The notes: generated from the letters alone by a model not told the origin. A DNA stretch of 64,000 nucleotides from Candidatus Chisholmbacteria bacterium RIFCSPHIGHO2_01_FULL_52_32 (GCA_001816585.1 MHCJ01000003.1:156228-220227); one strand, 5' to 3'; counted from the stretch's first letter, positions 1 to 9,652 are shown. Translations and numbers: made by a program.

Positions 1-14
1 ACAATACTCCCTAT

Positions 15-77
15 CACACAGCTTCCGGCGGAAACTCCTTAATGACTTTCAAGCCGAAGCGAGGTAAAAAAAGGAGT
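15..77 (+). promoter_or_regulatory. Putative rpsB (S2) leader RNA with pseudoknot covering the SD
   Basis: CACACA, stem GCTTCCGGC(21-29)/GCCGAAGC(53-60), then GAGG; loop ACTCCTT(34-40) is complementary to AAGGAGT(71-77). Same layout as known rpsB autoregulatory leaders. Confidence 0.6.
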
Positions 78-88
78 CTAGTTTCATT

Positions 89-799
89 ATGGCTGAAGAG
101 TATGTTGTTCCTTTAACGGAGCTTTTAGAGGCAGGATCCCATTTTGGGCATCAGGTACGGCGGTGGAACCCCAAGATGGCTCCGTATATTTACGCCGAGC
201 GGGATGGGGTGCATATCTTCGATCTTGCCAAGACCGCAGAGGGCCTGAAGAAGTCGTGCGAATACGTCCGTGACCTCGTGGCCGGCGGAGGAACGCTACT
301 AATAGTCGGAACAAAGCGGCAGGCACGGGAAATCGTAAAGGAAGAAGCGCTCACTGCCGGAGCCCCTTTCGTTTCTGAGCGATGGTTGGGCGGATCGATC
401 ACGAATTGGGAGCAGATAAAGAAAAGCATTGATAAACTACTTGAAATGCGGGGAAAAAGAGATAGTGGTGAGTATAAAAAATATACGAAAAAAGAGAACG
501 TATTAATCGCTCGTGAGGTTGAAAGATTGGAACGTTTTTTCGGCGGTATGGTCGCTTTGAGGAAAATCCCCGACGCGATTTTTGTCGTTGACACCCATCG
601 GGAGATTGTTGCCGTTAAGGAAGCCCGCAGGAACGGGCTGACCGTGGTCGGGATTGTTGATACGAACGCTGATCCCGAGCTGGTTGACCATATTATTCCT
701 GCCAATGATGATGCCGTGCGTTCGATCAAGCTTGTGGTTTCTTCAATTGCGAAAGCCTATGCGGATGGCAAACGGATGGCGGAGAAGAGGAGTCAATAG
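89..799 (+). CDS. rpsB: 30S ribosomal protein S2
   Basis: LLEAGSHFGHQVRRWNPKM, RWLGG, DTNADP, IPANDDA motifs. Confidence 0.98.
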   Translation: MAEEYVVPLTELLEAGSHFGHQVRRWNPKMAPYIYAERDGVHIFDLAKTAEGLKKSCEYVRDLVAGGGTLLIVGTKRQAREIVKEEALTAGAPFVSERWLGGSITNWEQIKKSIDKLLEMRGKRDSGEYKKYTKKENVLIAREVERLERFFGGMVALRKIPDAIFVVDTHREIVAVKEARRNGLTVVGIVDTNADPELVDHIIPANDDAVRSIKLVVSSIAKAYADGKRMAEKRSQ

Positions 800-891
800 G
801 CATTAGGGTATAGGGTTTAGGGTGTAGGGTATAGAGCATAGAGCATAGAGCATAGAGCATAGAGCATAGAGCATAGAGCGAAGGGCGTAGG
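797..891. repeat. Heptamer tandem repeat tract (TAGGGTN/TAGAGCA)
   Basis: Six perfect TAGAGCA copies at 832-873 plus degenerate units; tract starts at the rpsB stop codon. Confidence 0.9.
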
Positions 892-969
892 GAAGAGAGT
901 TACGATTTAGGATTTACGAATTATCAATAAAACGAAGGCTAAAGGTTAAAAGTACGGAGTAAAAAGCAA

Positions 970-1434
970 ATGACAAAAATTACCATCGAACAAATCAAGA
1001 AATTACGGGAGAAGACTGGGGTCGGGGTGATGGAGGCAAAGAAAGCCTTGGAGGAGGGCGGCGGGGATGAGAAGAAAGCCATTGCCTGGATTCAAAAGCA
1101 TGGGTTGATGAAGGCTGCCGCGAAAGCAAAACGGAAAGCCGGAGAAGGTCTGATTGCTTCCTATATTCACCATGGCGGCAAGGTTGCTGCTCTGGTTGAG
1201 TTCGCCTGCGAAACCGATTTTGTGGCGCGGACAGAGGAGTTTGGCAGGCTGGCACGAGAGCTTGCAATGCAGGTAGCTTCGATGGATCCCAAAGATGTAG
1301 CGGAACTCCTGAAGCAGGAGTACATTCGGGAGGTAGGGAAAACAGTAGAACAGTTGATTGCCGAAGTAGTGGGAAAAACCGGTGAAAAGATTGAGGTCAA
1401 ACGATTTGTACGGTGGGAGTTGGCGGAGAAATAA
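970..1434 (+). CDS. tsf: Elongation factor Ts (short form)
   Basis: IKKLREKTG..M..KKAL, EFACETDFVA; follows rpsB. Confidence 0.96.
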   Translation: MTKITIEQIKKLREKTGVGVMEAKKALEEGGGDEKKAIAWIQKHGLMKAAAKAKRKAGEGLIASYIHHGGKVAALVEFACETDFVARTEEFGRLARELAMQVASMDPKDVAELLKQEYIREVGKTVEQLIAEVVGKTGEKIEVKRFVRWELAEK

Positions 1435-1555
1435 GCAAGGGCTCCACTTCGTTTCATATTCACTCTATCTGTGCCTGTGTTCTCAAATCGCTCCACTCAA
1501 AGGGGGCATTGAGCATGGTTGAAAGAAACCTATAATATGGTATACTGCGCGTCAT

Positions 1556-2206
1556 ATGACGAGTGTTGAAGATGAGCTGAGGACACTTCGCGAACAACAG
1601 CTGCAGGAACGAGTAGAGCAGATGCGTCGAGAGGAGGCTTCCAAAAAGGCGCTTCAGCAGAAGGCCGATCTTCTGAATACCGAAGCCAGACGGCTACTTG
1701 CTCCATACGTCGAGGCCGTGAAACGGTCCCGTTGCGTTGAAGCGATGCAGGAGTTGGCCTTGAGCGAAGGATTATCAATCAAAGACCCTGAGTTGGCTTC
1801 ACCCGATGTCTCGTTCTTTGTGGCTTTTAAGCCGATTGAGGGGCATAGAGGTGCACAAGATCACTGGTACGAGAGATTTCGTGGTTTAGACCTGGCCGGA
1901 GGATTTTATTGGGATAGTTTCAAAGTTCAAAAACTTAAGCCAGGTAATCTGCGACCACTCAGCGGGCAAGTCATGCTCGAATGGGGTTACTTCATGAAGC
2001 ATGTTGGTGGTGAGGACGAACCTCACTGGGACCAGATTCGATGTGTTTTCGATCAAGAGCGTACAGGATTTGTCATGACGGCTCGGACTGATCATGTAGG
2101 TGGGTACGGTCGGGAGCATTTCGTTGGACGACTTCACGAGCGCGGTTGGGGCAACCAGGCAGTTGAGCGTTTGGTCGCCCAGCTTTATCTACATGCGAAT
2201 ACTTGA
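1556..2206 (+). CDS. Hypothetical protein with N-terminal coiled coil
   Basis: 216-aa ORF; TGnTATACT 9 nt upstream of the ATG. Confidence 0.7.
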   Translation: MTSVEDELRTLREQQLQERVEQMRREEASKKALQQKADLLNTEARRLLAPYVEAVKRSRCVEAMQELALSEGLSIKDPELASPDVSFFVAFKPIEGHRGAQDHWYERFRGLDLAGGFYWDSFKVQKLKPGNLRPLSGQVMLEWGYFMKHVGGEDEPHWDQIRCVFDQERTGFVMTARTDHVGGYGREHFVGRLHERGWGNQAVERLVAQLYLHANT

Positions 2207-2386
2207 AATACGGTCAGCGATCTGTTTCCTTAAATTCTTTTCGGACACCTTTCAGTATTTGAGTGATTGAATACACTGCTGACTCTTCTTTTCAGTTTCG
2301 CTATAATGGATGTTGTCCACCTTTGCCAAGTCTAACTTGGCTTCTGAGGATTTCGCACTATATTTTGTATTTCTTGAGGAGCTCAT

Positions 2387-2944
2387 ATGGACGACCCTCT
2401 CCTCGTACAGGCCCGAAATGATATGGAAGCGGTGTTGGATGTGGTTCGCGAGGATCTTTCCACTGTCAAAACCGGGCGGGCCAAACCGGCTCTGGTTGAG
2501 CATATTGAGGTTCTCGCCTACAATACCAAGATGCCGTTGATTGAGCTGGCAACGATTTCGGCACCTGACCCCCATCTGTTGGTAATTCAACCTTGGGATG
2601 AAACGGTTCTTGAGAATATTGCCAAAGCAATTGCGACATCGGATCTCCATTTGAACCCAGTGGTGGACCAGTCACTCATCCGTATCCAGATCCCTTCGCT
2701 GACTGAAGAACGGAGGGAGGAGCTGGTCAAGCTTGTTCACCAGAAACTTGAGAGCGGACGGGTGCTCCTGCGGCAGGTGCGGCAGGATGTGAAAAAAAAG
2801 CTTGAAGGGATGAAGGGGCAGCCCGGTGTTTCCGAGGATGATACGCACAGGCAGCTTGAGAATCTTGAGAAGGCAACCGAAGAGTTTATGGGGAAGATCG
2901 TCACACTAGGTGAGGAAAAAGAAGGCGAGCTGAGAACGGTATAG
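2387..2944 (+). CDS. frr: Ribosome recycling factor
   Basis: KTGRAKP, IQPWD, IPSLTEERR, SEDD motifs. Confidence 0.96.
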   Translation: MDDPLLVQARNDMEAVLDVVREDLSTVKTGRAKPALVEHIEVLAYNTKMPLIELATISAPDPHLLVIQPWDETVLENIAKAIATSDLHLNPVVDQSLIRIQIPSLTEERREELVKLVHQKLESGRVLLRQVRQDVKKKLEGMKGQPGVSEDDTHRQLENLEKATEEFMGKIVTLGEEKEGELRTV

Positions 2945-3060
2945 CAGATGGCGAATAGCAAATGGCTAATAGCTGACGGCTAATAGCTTATAACGAATAG
3001 CAGATAACAAATAGCGAAGAGCAAATAGCAGATAGCAGAAAGCAAATGGCGAATTGCGAG
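2941..3060. repeat. Heptamer tract (ATAGCAG/ATGGCGA type) upstream of the four-helix-bundle gene
   Basis: About 17 degenerate 7-mers beginning at the frr stop codon. Confidence 0.9.
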
Positions 3061-3064
3061 TGAC

Positions 3065-3424
3065 ATGAGTTTTCGGTTTGAGGGTTTGGTGATTTGGAGT
3101 GGGTCGAACACTTTTGCTTCGAAGGTTTACAGATTTACCAAGTCCCTTCCTCGGAGTGAGCAATTCGGTCTGAGCGATCAGCTCAGACGAGCAGCGAATT
3201 CGATTCCGGTCAACATAGCCGAGGGCGCTGGAAGTGCGTCCAATAAAGATTTCGCCAATTTCTTAAACATTGCAATCCGTTCTATCTTTGAAGTAGTATC
3301 ATTGTTGTTTCGGTGCGAACAAGAAAGCTATCTTTCTCGCGCCCAGCGCGAACGGTTTTATCAAGAAGCGGAGCTCCTGGTGAAGCAAATCCAAGCCTTT
3401 CGAGCGAAACTCATTCAGCGCTAG
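3065..3424 (+). CDS. Four helix bundle protein (23S rRNA intervening-sequence protein / Avd-like family)
   Basis: FEGLVIW, LPRSEQFGLSDQLRRAANSIPVNIAEG, FLNIAIRSIFE. Confidence 0.92.
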   Translation: MSFRFEGLVIWSGSNTFASKVYRFTKSLPRSEQFGLSDQLRRAANSIPVNIAEGAGSASNKDFANFLNIAIRSIFEVVSLLFRCEQESYLSRAQRERFYQEAELLVKQIQAFRAKLIQR

Positions 3425-3441
3425 CTTTTTTTGGACTGTTA

Positions 3442-3470
3442 CCATGTGCCATTAGCCATATGCCATACGC
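3442..3470. repeat. Inverted-orientation heptamer tract (GCCATNN) downstream of the four-helix-bundle gene
   Basis: CCATGT GCCATTA GCCATAT GCCATAC is the reverse complement of the ATGGC-type units upstream. Confidence 0.8.
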
Positions 3471-3479
3471 TTGTTTACG

Positions 3480-4598
3480 ATGACGCTTTTACTTTTTTTG
3501 GCCATTCTGTCGATTTTGGTGTTTGTCCACGAGATGGGGCATTTTATCGTGGCAAAGCGGTCCGGCATCCGCGTCGAAGAGTTCGGATTCGGGCTGCCTC
3601 CCAGAGTTTTCGGGAAGAAAATCGGCGGGACTATCTATTCCTTTAACCTGCTTCCGATCGGGGGATTCGTCCGCTTGTTTGGCGAAGACGGGGATGACGT
3701 AAGGGGAGGGAAAGCCCCCGATACTCAAACCCTCCGGCATGCGTTTTATTCCCAACCGAAGCGTGTCCGCATAGCGGTCGTTGTTGCCGGTGTTGTCATG
3801 AATTTTCTTCTTGGAGTGGTTCTGTTCGGTGCCTTGTATTCTTTTTTGGGTATTCCGACATTGACTGATCGGATACATATCGTCGGCTTGAGTCCGGAGT
3901 CTCCGGCGGCTTCCGTTTTTCAGCTCGGGGATGAAATCATCAGCGTTTCCGGAGAAGCCATTACGACCACGGACCAGTTCAAGACGTTGGTTGATACCCG
4001 TCGGGGGCAGACGGTGACTTTTTCGATTGTCCGGGAGGGTTCTTCCTTGGAGCTTCAGACGGTACCTCGTACCAATCCTCCGGTTGAGGAAGGTTCGCTT
4101 GGGGTTGTGATTTCTCCCAAGATTGAGCTTGTCCGCTACGCCTCATGGCAAATGCCGTTTCGGGGAGCGTGGTACGGCCTCGGTGAGGCAGTTGCTTGGG
4201 GAAATGATATCCTTAAGGGTTTGGGAGGAGTTTTCCGTGAACTTGTTTCCGGAACCGTGCCGAAGGATGTCGGAGGGCCTTTTGAGATTTACTTCTTAGT
4301 TTCCGAGGTGTCGAAAGCGGGGGTTGTTCCCCTGACGCAGTTCATGGCAGTACTTTCCGTGAACCTGGCTATCGTCAACCTCTTACCTCTTCCCGCGCTC
4401 GATGGCGGAAGGCTGCTTTTTATCGGCGTTGAGATGGTGACGGGGCGGCGGGTGCGCGCAAAGGTCGAGCAAATGACTCACACGATCGGGATGGTATTCC
4501 TTTTGGCGGTCATGCTTGCCATTACCGTTCGCGATGTCCTGCGGCATTTTGGGGCGGGAAGCCTGACGGCGCTTTTGGAGAAGGTTGGTCGGATGTAG
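3480..4598 (+). CDS. rseP: RseP-like site-2 intramembrane zinc protease with PDZ domain
   Basis: HEMGH, LPIGGFVRL, NLLPLPALDGG; ATG at 3480 preferred to TTG at 3471. Confidence 0.93.
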   Translation: MTLLLFLAILSILVFVHEMGHFIVAKRSGIRVEEFGFGLPPRVFGKKIGGTIYSFNLLPIGGFVRLFGEDGDDVRGGKAPDTQTLRHAFYSQPKRVRIAVVVAGVVMNFLLGVVLFGALYSFLGIPTLTDRIHIVGLSPESPAASVFQLGDEIISVSGEAITTTDQFKTLVDTRRGQTVTFSIVREGSSLELQTVPRTNPPVEEGSLGVVISPKIELVRYASWQMPFRGAWYGLGEAVAWGNDILKGLGGVFRELVSGTVPKDVGGPFEIYFLVSEVSKAGVVPLTQFMAVLSVNLAIVNLLPLPALDGGRLLFIGVEMVTGRRVRAKVEQMTHTIGMVFLLAVMLAITVRDVLRHFGAGSLTALLEKVGRM

Positions 4599-5031
4599 GT
4601 TCGTTTTGTATAGACGTAAAAGATCCGTACTCCCGAAGATTTGTGATCCGCATGGGCGAAATATCCGGTATTTTTCCCCTTGGAGCAAAGGGGATGAAAT
4701 TTGCTGAACTTCCCTGCAGAAGATACATCGGACTTTGTTCCAGTTGTCCCTGCTCGTTTATTCCGAGAACATTGGTTCCGAATTGGAGACGGACGACTTT
4801 TTTTAGGGTTACTTTCCCGCCAGTGGGGTAGTCCTGTTTGACTTCGACCTCATCGAGAAGCCTGGCTCTTATCGGCCGCTTCGCTTTCGCGGGGAATAGC
4901 GCTTCTTCATCTTCTTCGAGGTTGCGTCTCTCTTTAAGGTCTTCTCCTTCCCTTCCGCAACGGAACATCTGAAACTCGAGGGAGGCCTGGAGTTCGCTGG
5001 GTTGGTATGACCCCGTTTCTTTGCCGGTCAT
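4522..5031 (-). CDS. Hypothetical protein
   Basis: 169-aa ORF filling the rseP-proS gap; 3' end overlaps rseP. Confidence 0.5.
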   Translation of the reverse strand: MTGKETGSYQPSELQASLEFQMFRCGREGEDLKERRNLEEDEEALFPAKAKRPIRARLLDEVEVKQDYPTGGKVTLKKVVRLQFGTNVLGINEQGQLEQSPMYLLQGSSANFIPFAPRGKIPDISPMRITNLREYGSFTSIQNEPTSDQPSPKAPSGFPPQNAAGHRER

Positions 5032-5078
5032 GGTGGCTTATCATAGCATTTCCACCCATGGTTTGTTATTATTGCCCC

Positions 5079-6350
5079 ATGAGACAGAGCCGGCTTTTTC
5101 CGAGGACCATCCGGAGAGAACCCGCAGGGGCGGAGAGTGTCAACCACAAGCTATTGGTACGGGCGGGATTCATCGATCAGCTGATGGCGGGGAGTTGGAC
5201 GCTCCTGCCGTTGGGTTGGCGGGTGGTGGCACGGATCAATCGGATCATTCGGGAGGAGATGAATGCCATAGGCGGACAAGAGATGCTCATGCCGCTTCTG
5301 CACCCGCGCTCAGTTTGGGGCGAGACCGGCAGATGGGGAAGTGCAAAAGATAACCCGCTTGGGGCCAAGGAAGTGATGTATCAATTTAAAGACATCAGAG
5401 GTCGCGAGTACGCGTTATCGTTTACCCACGAGGAGATCGTCATGGACTTACTGAGAAAGAGCATTCAAAGCTTCAAAGATTTGCCTGTTTCTGTTTATCA
5501 TTTTTCCACAAAATTTCGAAATGAACCGCGTGCGAGGAGCGGAATCTTGCGAGGTCGGGAGTTTTTGATGAAGGATCTCTATTCTGCACACGCCACCGAA
5601 GCGGACTTGATGGAGTATTACGAGAAAGTCAAGAATGCCTATTCAAAGATATTTTCGCGGCTTGGTTTTACCTATCGGGTAACAGAGGCTTCAGGAGGAG
5701 TATTCACCGAAAACAGGACTCATGAGCATCAAGTATTGGCAGACACCGGAGAAGACACTATTTTTTACTGTAATACCTGCGAATGGGGGCAGAATAAAGA
5801 GATATTTGAAGGAAAGGAAGGTGAACGGTGCCCGAGTTGTAAAAAGGGCAAAATTATCAAAGCGCGCTCGATTGAGGTCGGGAATATCTTCCCTTTGGGA
5901 ACGTGGTACGCAGAAAAGATGGGGGTTTTATACACGGATCGTGACGGGAAGAGAAAGCCGGTGTGGTTTGGCAGCTACGGTATCGGTCCTACGAGGGTTT
6001 TGGGGGCGCTCGTTGAGGTGTCTCATGATGAGAAGGGGATCATCTGGTTTCCGCAGGTAGCACCGTTTGCAGTTCACCTCATCGAAGTCAAAAGTCAAAA
6101 GTCAAAAGTCAAAAGTTTTGCAGAGGAGGTTTATAACAAATTGAGCGAAGAAAACATCGAGGTGTTGTGGGATGACCGTGATGTCGGGGCGGGGGAGAAG
6201 TTTGCCGACTGTGATTTAATCGGGATTCCGGTACGCCTCGTTGTCTCGGAAAAGACCGGGGAGATGGTTGAATGGAAGGATCGAACGGATGATCGTATCG
6301 AGCTTTTTTCACTTCACAGAGTGATTGACAGGTTGAAGGAAATGCAGTAG
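5079..6350 (+). CDS. proS: Proline--tRNA ligase (short form, no editing domain)
   Basis: MRQS start, THEE, KFRNEPR..GILRGREFLMKDLYS, GSYGIG, anticodon-binding domain. Confidence 0.96.
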   Translation: MRQSRLFPRTIRREPAGAESVNHKLLVRAGFIDQLMAGSWTLLPLGWRVVARINRIIREEMNAIGGQEMLMPLLHPRSVWGETGRWGSAKDNPLGAKEVMYQFKDIRGREYALSFTHEEIVMDLLRKSIQSFKDLPVSVYHFSTKFRNEPRARSGILRGREFLMKDLYSAHATEADLMEYYEKVKNAYSKIFSRLGFTYRVTEASGGVFTENRTHEHQVLADTGEDTIFYCNTCEWGQNKEIFEGKEGERCPSCKKGKIIKARSIEVGNIFPLGTWYAEKMGVLYTDRDGKRKPVWFGSYGIGPTRVLGALVEVSHDEKGIIWFPQVAPFAVHLIEVKSQKSKVKSFAEEVYNKLSEENIEVLWDDRDVGAGEKFADCDLIGIPVRLVVSEKTGEMVEWKDRTDDRIELFSLHRVIDRLKEMQ

Positions 6351-6376
6351 AACTTCTTTCGACGAGTCACTTCAAT

Positions 6377-7375
6377 ATGACCTCAAAACCAACAATTGTT
6401 GTTGTCGGTGGTGGGACGGGAACGTTTGTTGTCCTTACGGGACTCAAGAAATATCCGGCCGAGCTGACGGCAGTGGTGTCGATGGCAGATAGCGGCGGCA
6501 GCAACCGGGTGATTCGTGATGAGTTTGGGCTTCTCCCGACCTCGGATATCCGCCAATGCATGGTCGCTTTAGCTGAGACGAACGGGGAGGGTGAACTCCT
6601 CCGTAAACTGTTTATGTACCGTTTCCATAAGGGAACGGGGATTTCGGGGATGACGTTCGGGAATCTTTTTATGGCAGCCCTGGCGGATGTGATGGGATCG
6701 CAGGAACGGGCGATTGAAGAAACCGGCAAGATTCTGCGGATACAGGGTAGGATTCTTCCCGTTTCCAACGACAAAACCGATCTTTCCGCTGTCTACGAGG
6801 ATGGTCATACGGTGGTTGGGGAGCATGAGATCGATGAGCCGCGGCATGACGGGCGACTTCGGATTACCCAACTTTCGGCAAAACCTAAGGCGCGGGCGGA
6901 TCCCCACAGCGCGCAGGCAATCAGGGAAGCTGATCTGGTTATTTTGGGACCCGGGGATCTCTATACGAGCGTTTTGGCCGATGTGGTGATCGAGGGCATT
7001 CCGGAGGCCATCAGGCAATCGCGGGGCAAAGTCGTATATGTCGTAAACCTCATGACGCGCTTCGGACAGACGTATAACTTTTCCGCCTTAGATCACGTCA
7101 ACGAGGTCGAGAAATATATCGGGGAAGGGGTACTCGATGCGGTGTTTGTCAATTCCAATATGCAGTTTCCGGCGAACGTTCTGACCGCGTACGCGAAGGA
7201 GCATGCAAAACCCATTGAGGACGATCTCACGGGGCGGAAATACAAGGTTATTCGGGCAGACTTTCTCTCCTCAACGCTCTACAAAAAATCTCCGGGCGAC
7301 GCGCTTACACGGAGCGTGGTTCGTCATGATCCGCATAAATTGGCGAAGGCGTTTTTGGGATACTTGAAGAAGTAA
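6377..7375 (+). CDS. YvcK/CofD-like (UPF0052) protein
   Basis: GGGTG, DSGGS, DIRQC, GNL, GPGDLYTS, RHD motifs. Confidence 0.92.
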   Translation: MTSKPTIVVVGGGTGTFVVLTGLKKYPAELTAVVSMADSGGSNRVIRDEFGLLPTSDIRQCMVALAETNGEGELLRKLFMYRFHKGTGISGMTFGNLFMAALADVMGSQERAIEETGKILRIQGRILPVSNDKTDLSAVYEDGHTVVGEHEIDEPRHDGRLRITQLSAKPKARADPHSAQAIREADLVILGPGDLYTSVLADVVIEGIPEAIRQSRGKVVYVVNLMTRFGQTYNFSALDHVNEVEKYIGEGVLDAVFVNSNMQFPANVLTAYAKEHAKPIEDDLTGRKYKVIRADFLSSTLYKKSPGDALTRSVVRHDPHKLAKAFLGYLKK

Positions 7376-7603
7376 CTTTATATCATATTCATCGCTGCCT
7401 GCTTTGATTTCGTCTAGACCCCATACTCCATACTCCATACCCCTTTTTCCCACTTGTTCTTTTTTCGGCTTTTGACTATACTCGGTTTACCCGGTGAGGA
7501 TTATCCAAAAGCGAAGGAATTGTGGAATTATTTTTATTGGTGTGGGTTAAAGGTTTATGCTTTTTAAAAAAGCACGACCTTCAGGGGAGGGGGTTATGAC
7601 TCA

Positions 7604-8446
7604 ATGCCGAAGAGGATTGTCACTCACCTTAATCCCGATTTGGATGCCATAACTTCTGTCTGGCTTCTGACTCGCTTCGGGGGCAAGGATTTTGCGGATG
7701 CTTCGGTTCAATTTGTTCCGGCCGGAGAACGGCTGCCTGAGGAGGACGCCAATACGGTCCACGTCGACACCGGGCTCGGGGAGTTCGATCATCACCAGAA
7801 CGATAAACGGAGAGCCAAGACTTGCTCGGCGAAGCTTATCTACGAATGGTTGGAGAGAAAAGGCCGTGTTTCAGGAAACGACGCACTCCGTCGGCTGGTC
7901 GATGTGGTGAATGAGATCGACCACTTCAAACATTGCCATTGGCCGGAGGCAGATAACGACCGCTACGAGTTTTTCCTTGAGGAAGTCCTGGCAGGTCTCA
8001 AGACCGGAAGTTATGTACGAAGCGATAATGAGCTTCTTTTGATGGGTATGCGTTTGCTTGACGGGGTGCTGGTTTCGTTTCGCCACAAGGTTGCAGCAGA
8101 AGAGGAGCTTTCGAAAGGTATCGTTTTTGACGCGAAGATTGGGAAGATATTGGTTCTTGAAACCGGAAACGATACGGTAATGAAATTGGCACTAAAGAAA
8201 GGATATGCGCTGTCGGTCCGCCGGGATCCTAAGCGGGGAGCGATCCGGATTAAGGCAGATCCCACAGCTGAGATTGATCTGACGCCGGTGTACGATGCCC
8301 TGCGGAGGAAGGACGCCGAAGCGACATGGTATTTACATCCTTCAAGGCACATGATTCTTAATGGTTCAACCAGGAATCCCAAGATGCGGCCATCGAAATT
8401 GACACTTGCGGATGTAATCGGGATCCTTAAGGAAACTGACAAATAG
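7604..8446 (+). CDS. DHH/MYG1-like phosphoesterase
   Basis: THLNPDLDA and DTG.GEFDHHQ motifs. Confidence 0.65.
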   Translation: MPKRIVTHLNPDLDAITSVWLLTRFGGKDFADASVQFVPAGERLPEEDANTVHVDTGLGEFDHHQNDKRRAKTCSAKLIYEWLERKGRVSGNDALRRLVDVVNEIDHFKHCHWPEADNDRYEFFLEEVLAGLKTGSYVRSDNELLLMGMRLLDGVLVSFRHKVAAEEELSKGIVFDAKIGKILVLETGNDTVMKLALKKGYALSVRRDPKRGAIRIKADPTAEIDLTPVYDALRRKDAEATWYLHPSRHMILNGSTRNPKMRPSKLTLADVIGILKETDK

Positions 8447-8497
8447 CAGGCAGCGAATGGCGTATGGCAGATGGCGTATAGCATATGGCAAATAGTA
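8443..8497. repeat. Heptamer tract (ATGGCGT/ATAGCAN)
   Basis: Begins at the stop codon of 7604..8446. Confidence 0.85.
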
Positions 8498-8564
8498 CGA
8501 AGAGGGAGATCGGACGGAGATTATACTTATTTCGATTAATGAAAATTATTAACTTGAAACTGAT

Positions 8565-8969
8565 ATGAACGATTGCCCGTTTTGTCAGATTGTTTCTGGA
8601 AAATCTCCGGCGTTTATGGTATACGATGACGACCGATTCATGGCTTTTTTGGATATCCGTCCATGGAGTCGGGGACATACGTTGGTTATCCCGAGGCAAC
8701 ATGCGCGCTGGGTTGATGATGTGCCGGATTTTGGCGCGTACTTTGAGGTTGCCCGTAAGGTGTCGACGGCGCTGAAGCGAGGCTTGGGCGCTGAGCGGAT
8801 TCAGTATTTTACGATAGGGGATGTGGTTTTCCATGCCCACATCCATGTGATCCCACGTTACCCGGGAGACCGGGGACTTCTCCCTCGTTTCCCCGGAGAA
8901 CGGCGGTTCGGCGATCGGGAAATGCGCGAGATGGCGGAGAGGTTACGAAAGAAGATTAACAAAGAATAA
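8565..8969 (+). CDS. HIT family nucleotide hydrolase
   Basis: CPFC, GHTLVIP, HAHIHVIPR. Confidence 0.94.
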   Translation: MNDCPFCQIVSGKSPAFMVYDDDRFMAFLDIRPWSRGHTLVIPRQHARWVDDVPDFGAYFEVARKVSTALKRGLGAERIQYFTIGDVVFHAHIHVIPRYPGDRGLLPRFPGERRFGDREMREMAERLRKKINKE

Positions 8970-9011
8970 GAAGTCAAGAGTAAAAAGAAGGGGGGTGTTT
9001 TTTCATCTCGT

Positions 9012-9212
9012 ATGGCAACGATTGTAAAGGCAAAACCCGATGAGACGCCGGACAGCGTGATTCGAAGATTCAAGAAGAAGGTGCTTCAGAATCAGGTGCT
9101 CACCGAGGTTCGGCGGCGAGAATATTACATGAAGCCCAGTGAGGAGCGGAAGGAGCGAAAAAAAGGGATTGAACGCCGACGCTACGCACGCATGAAGGGC
9201 GGGATGGACTAA
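9012..9212 (+). CDS. rpsU: 30S ribosomal protein S21
   Basis: IRRFKKKV, RRREYYMKPS. Confidence 0.93.
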   Translation: MATIVKAKPDETPDSVIRRFKKKVLQNQVLTEVRRREYYMKPSEERKERKKGIERRRYARMKGGMD

Positions 9213-9232
9213 TCGTTCTCCTTCTCCGGCAT

Positions 9233-9652
9233 ATGCCGGATACAGAAAGATACCGTATGGCACTTTCGGTTTCGATCATTGCCGATTCCAAATTTCCCGT
9301 GGATCGCAAGCGTCTCCGCGCCGTTCTGGCTTCGGCAGGGGGAACGCTCGGGATTCCGGGAGAGGCAAATGTGTCGGTTGCAGTGGTCGGGACTCGCAAA
9401 ATGGCACAGCTTCATGAGCGGTATCTTAAGAAAGAGGGGCCGACCGATGTCCTGGCTTTTCCTCAGCAGGATTCGTTGGGCGGTCAATTCGGCTTTGTCA
9501 GCCCACACGACTTCCCTTTGGAGCTCGGTGACATTGTTGTCTGTTATCCCCTCGCGCTTTTGCAAGCCGCAGAACAGGGAGTGTTTGTTGACGATCGGAT
9601 CGAGGCGCTGGCTTTGCACGGACTGGGGAACTTACTGGGGGAGGATGAATGA
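9233..9652 (+). CDS. ybeY: YbeY-like rRNA maturation factor with degenerate His motif
   Basis: PTDVLAFP, LGDIVVC; HGLGNLLGEDE in place of HGxLHLxGYDH. Confidence 0.85.
   Translation: MPDTERYRMALSVSIIADSKFPVDRKRLRAVLASAGGTLGIPGEANVSVAVVGTRKMAQLHERYLKKEGPTDVLAFPQQDSLGGQFGFVSPHDFPLELGDIVVCYPLALLQAAEQGVFVDDRIEALALHGLGNLLGEDE

Noticed and set aside
797-891. Tandem repeats as a CRISPR array
   Set aside because: Units are 7 bp with no unique spacers, and there are no cas genes in the window.
3065-3424. Diversity-generating retroelement, because of the Avd-like protein
   Set aside because: No reverse transcriptase and no template/variable repeat pair seen.
7440-7560. DnaA-box-like or GTGG motifs upstream of the DHH gene
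   Set aside because: Only imperfect, irregularly spaced matches; not enough to call a site.
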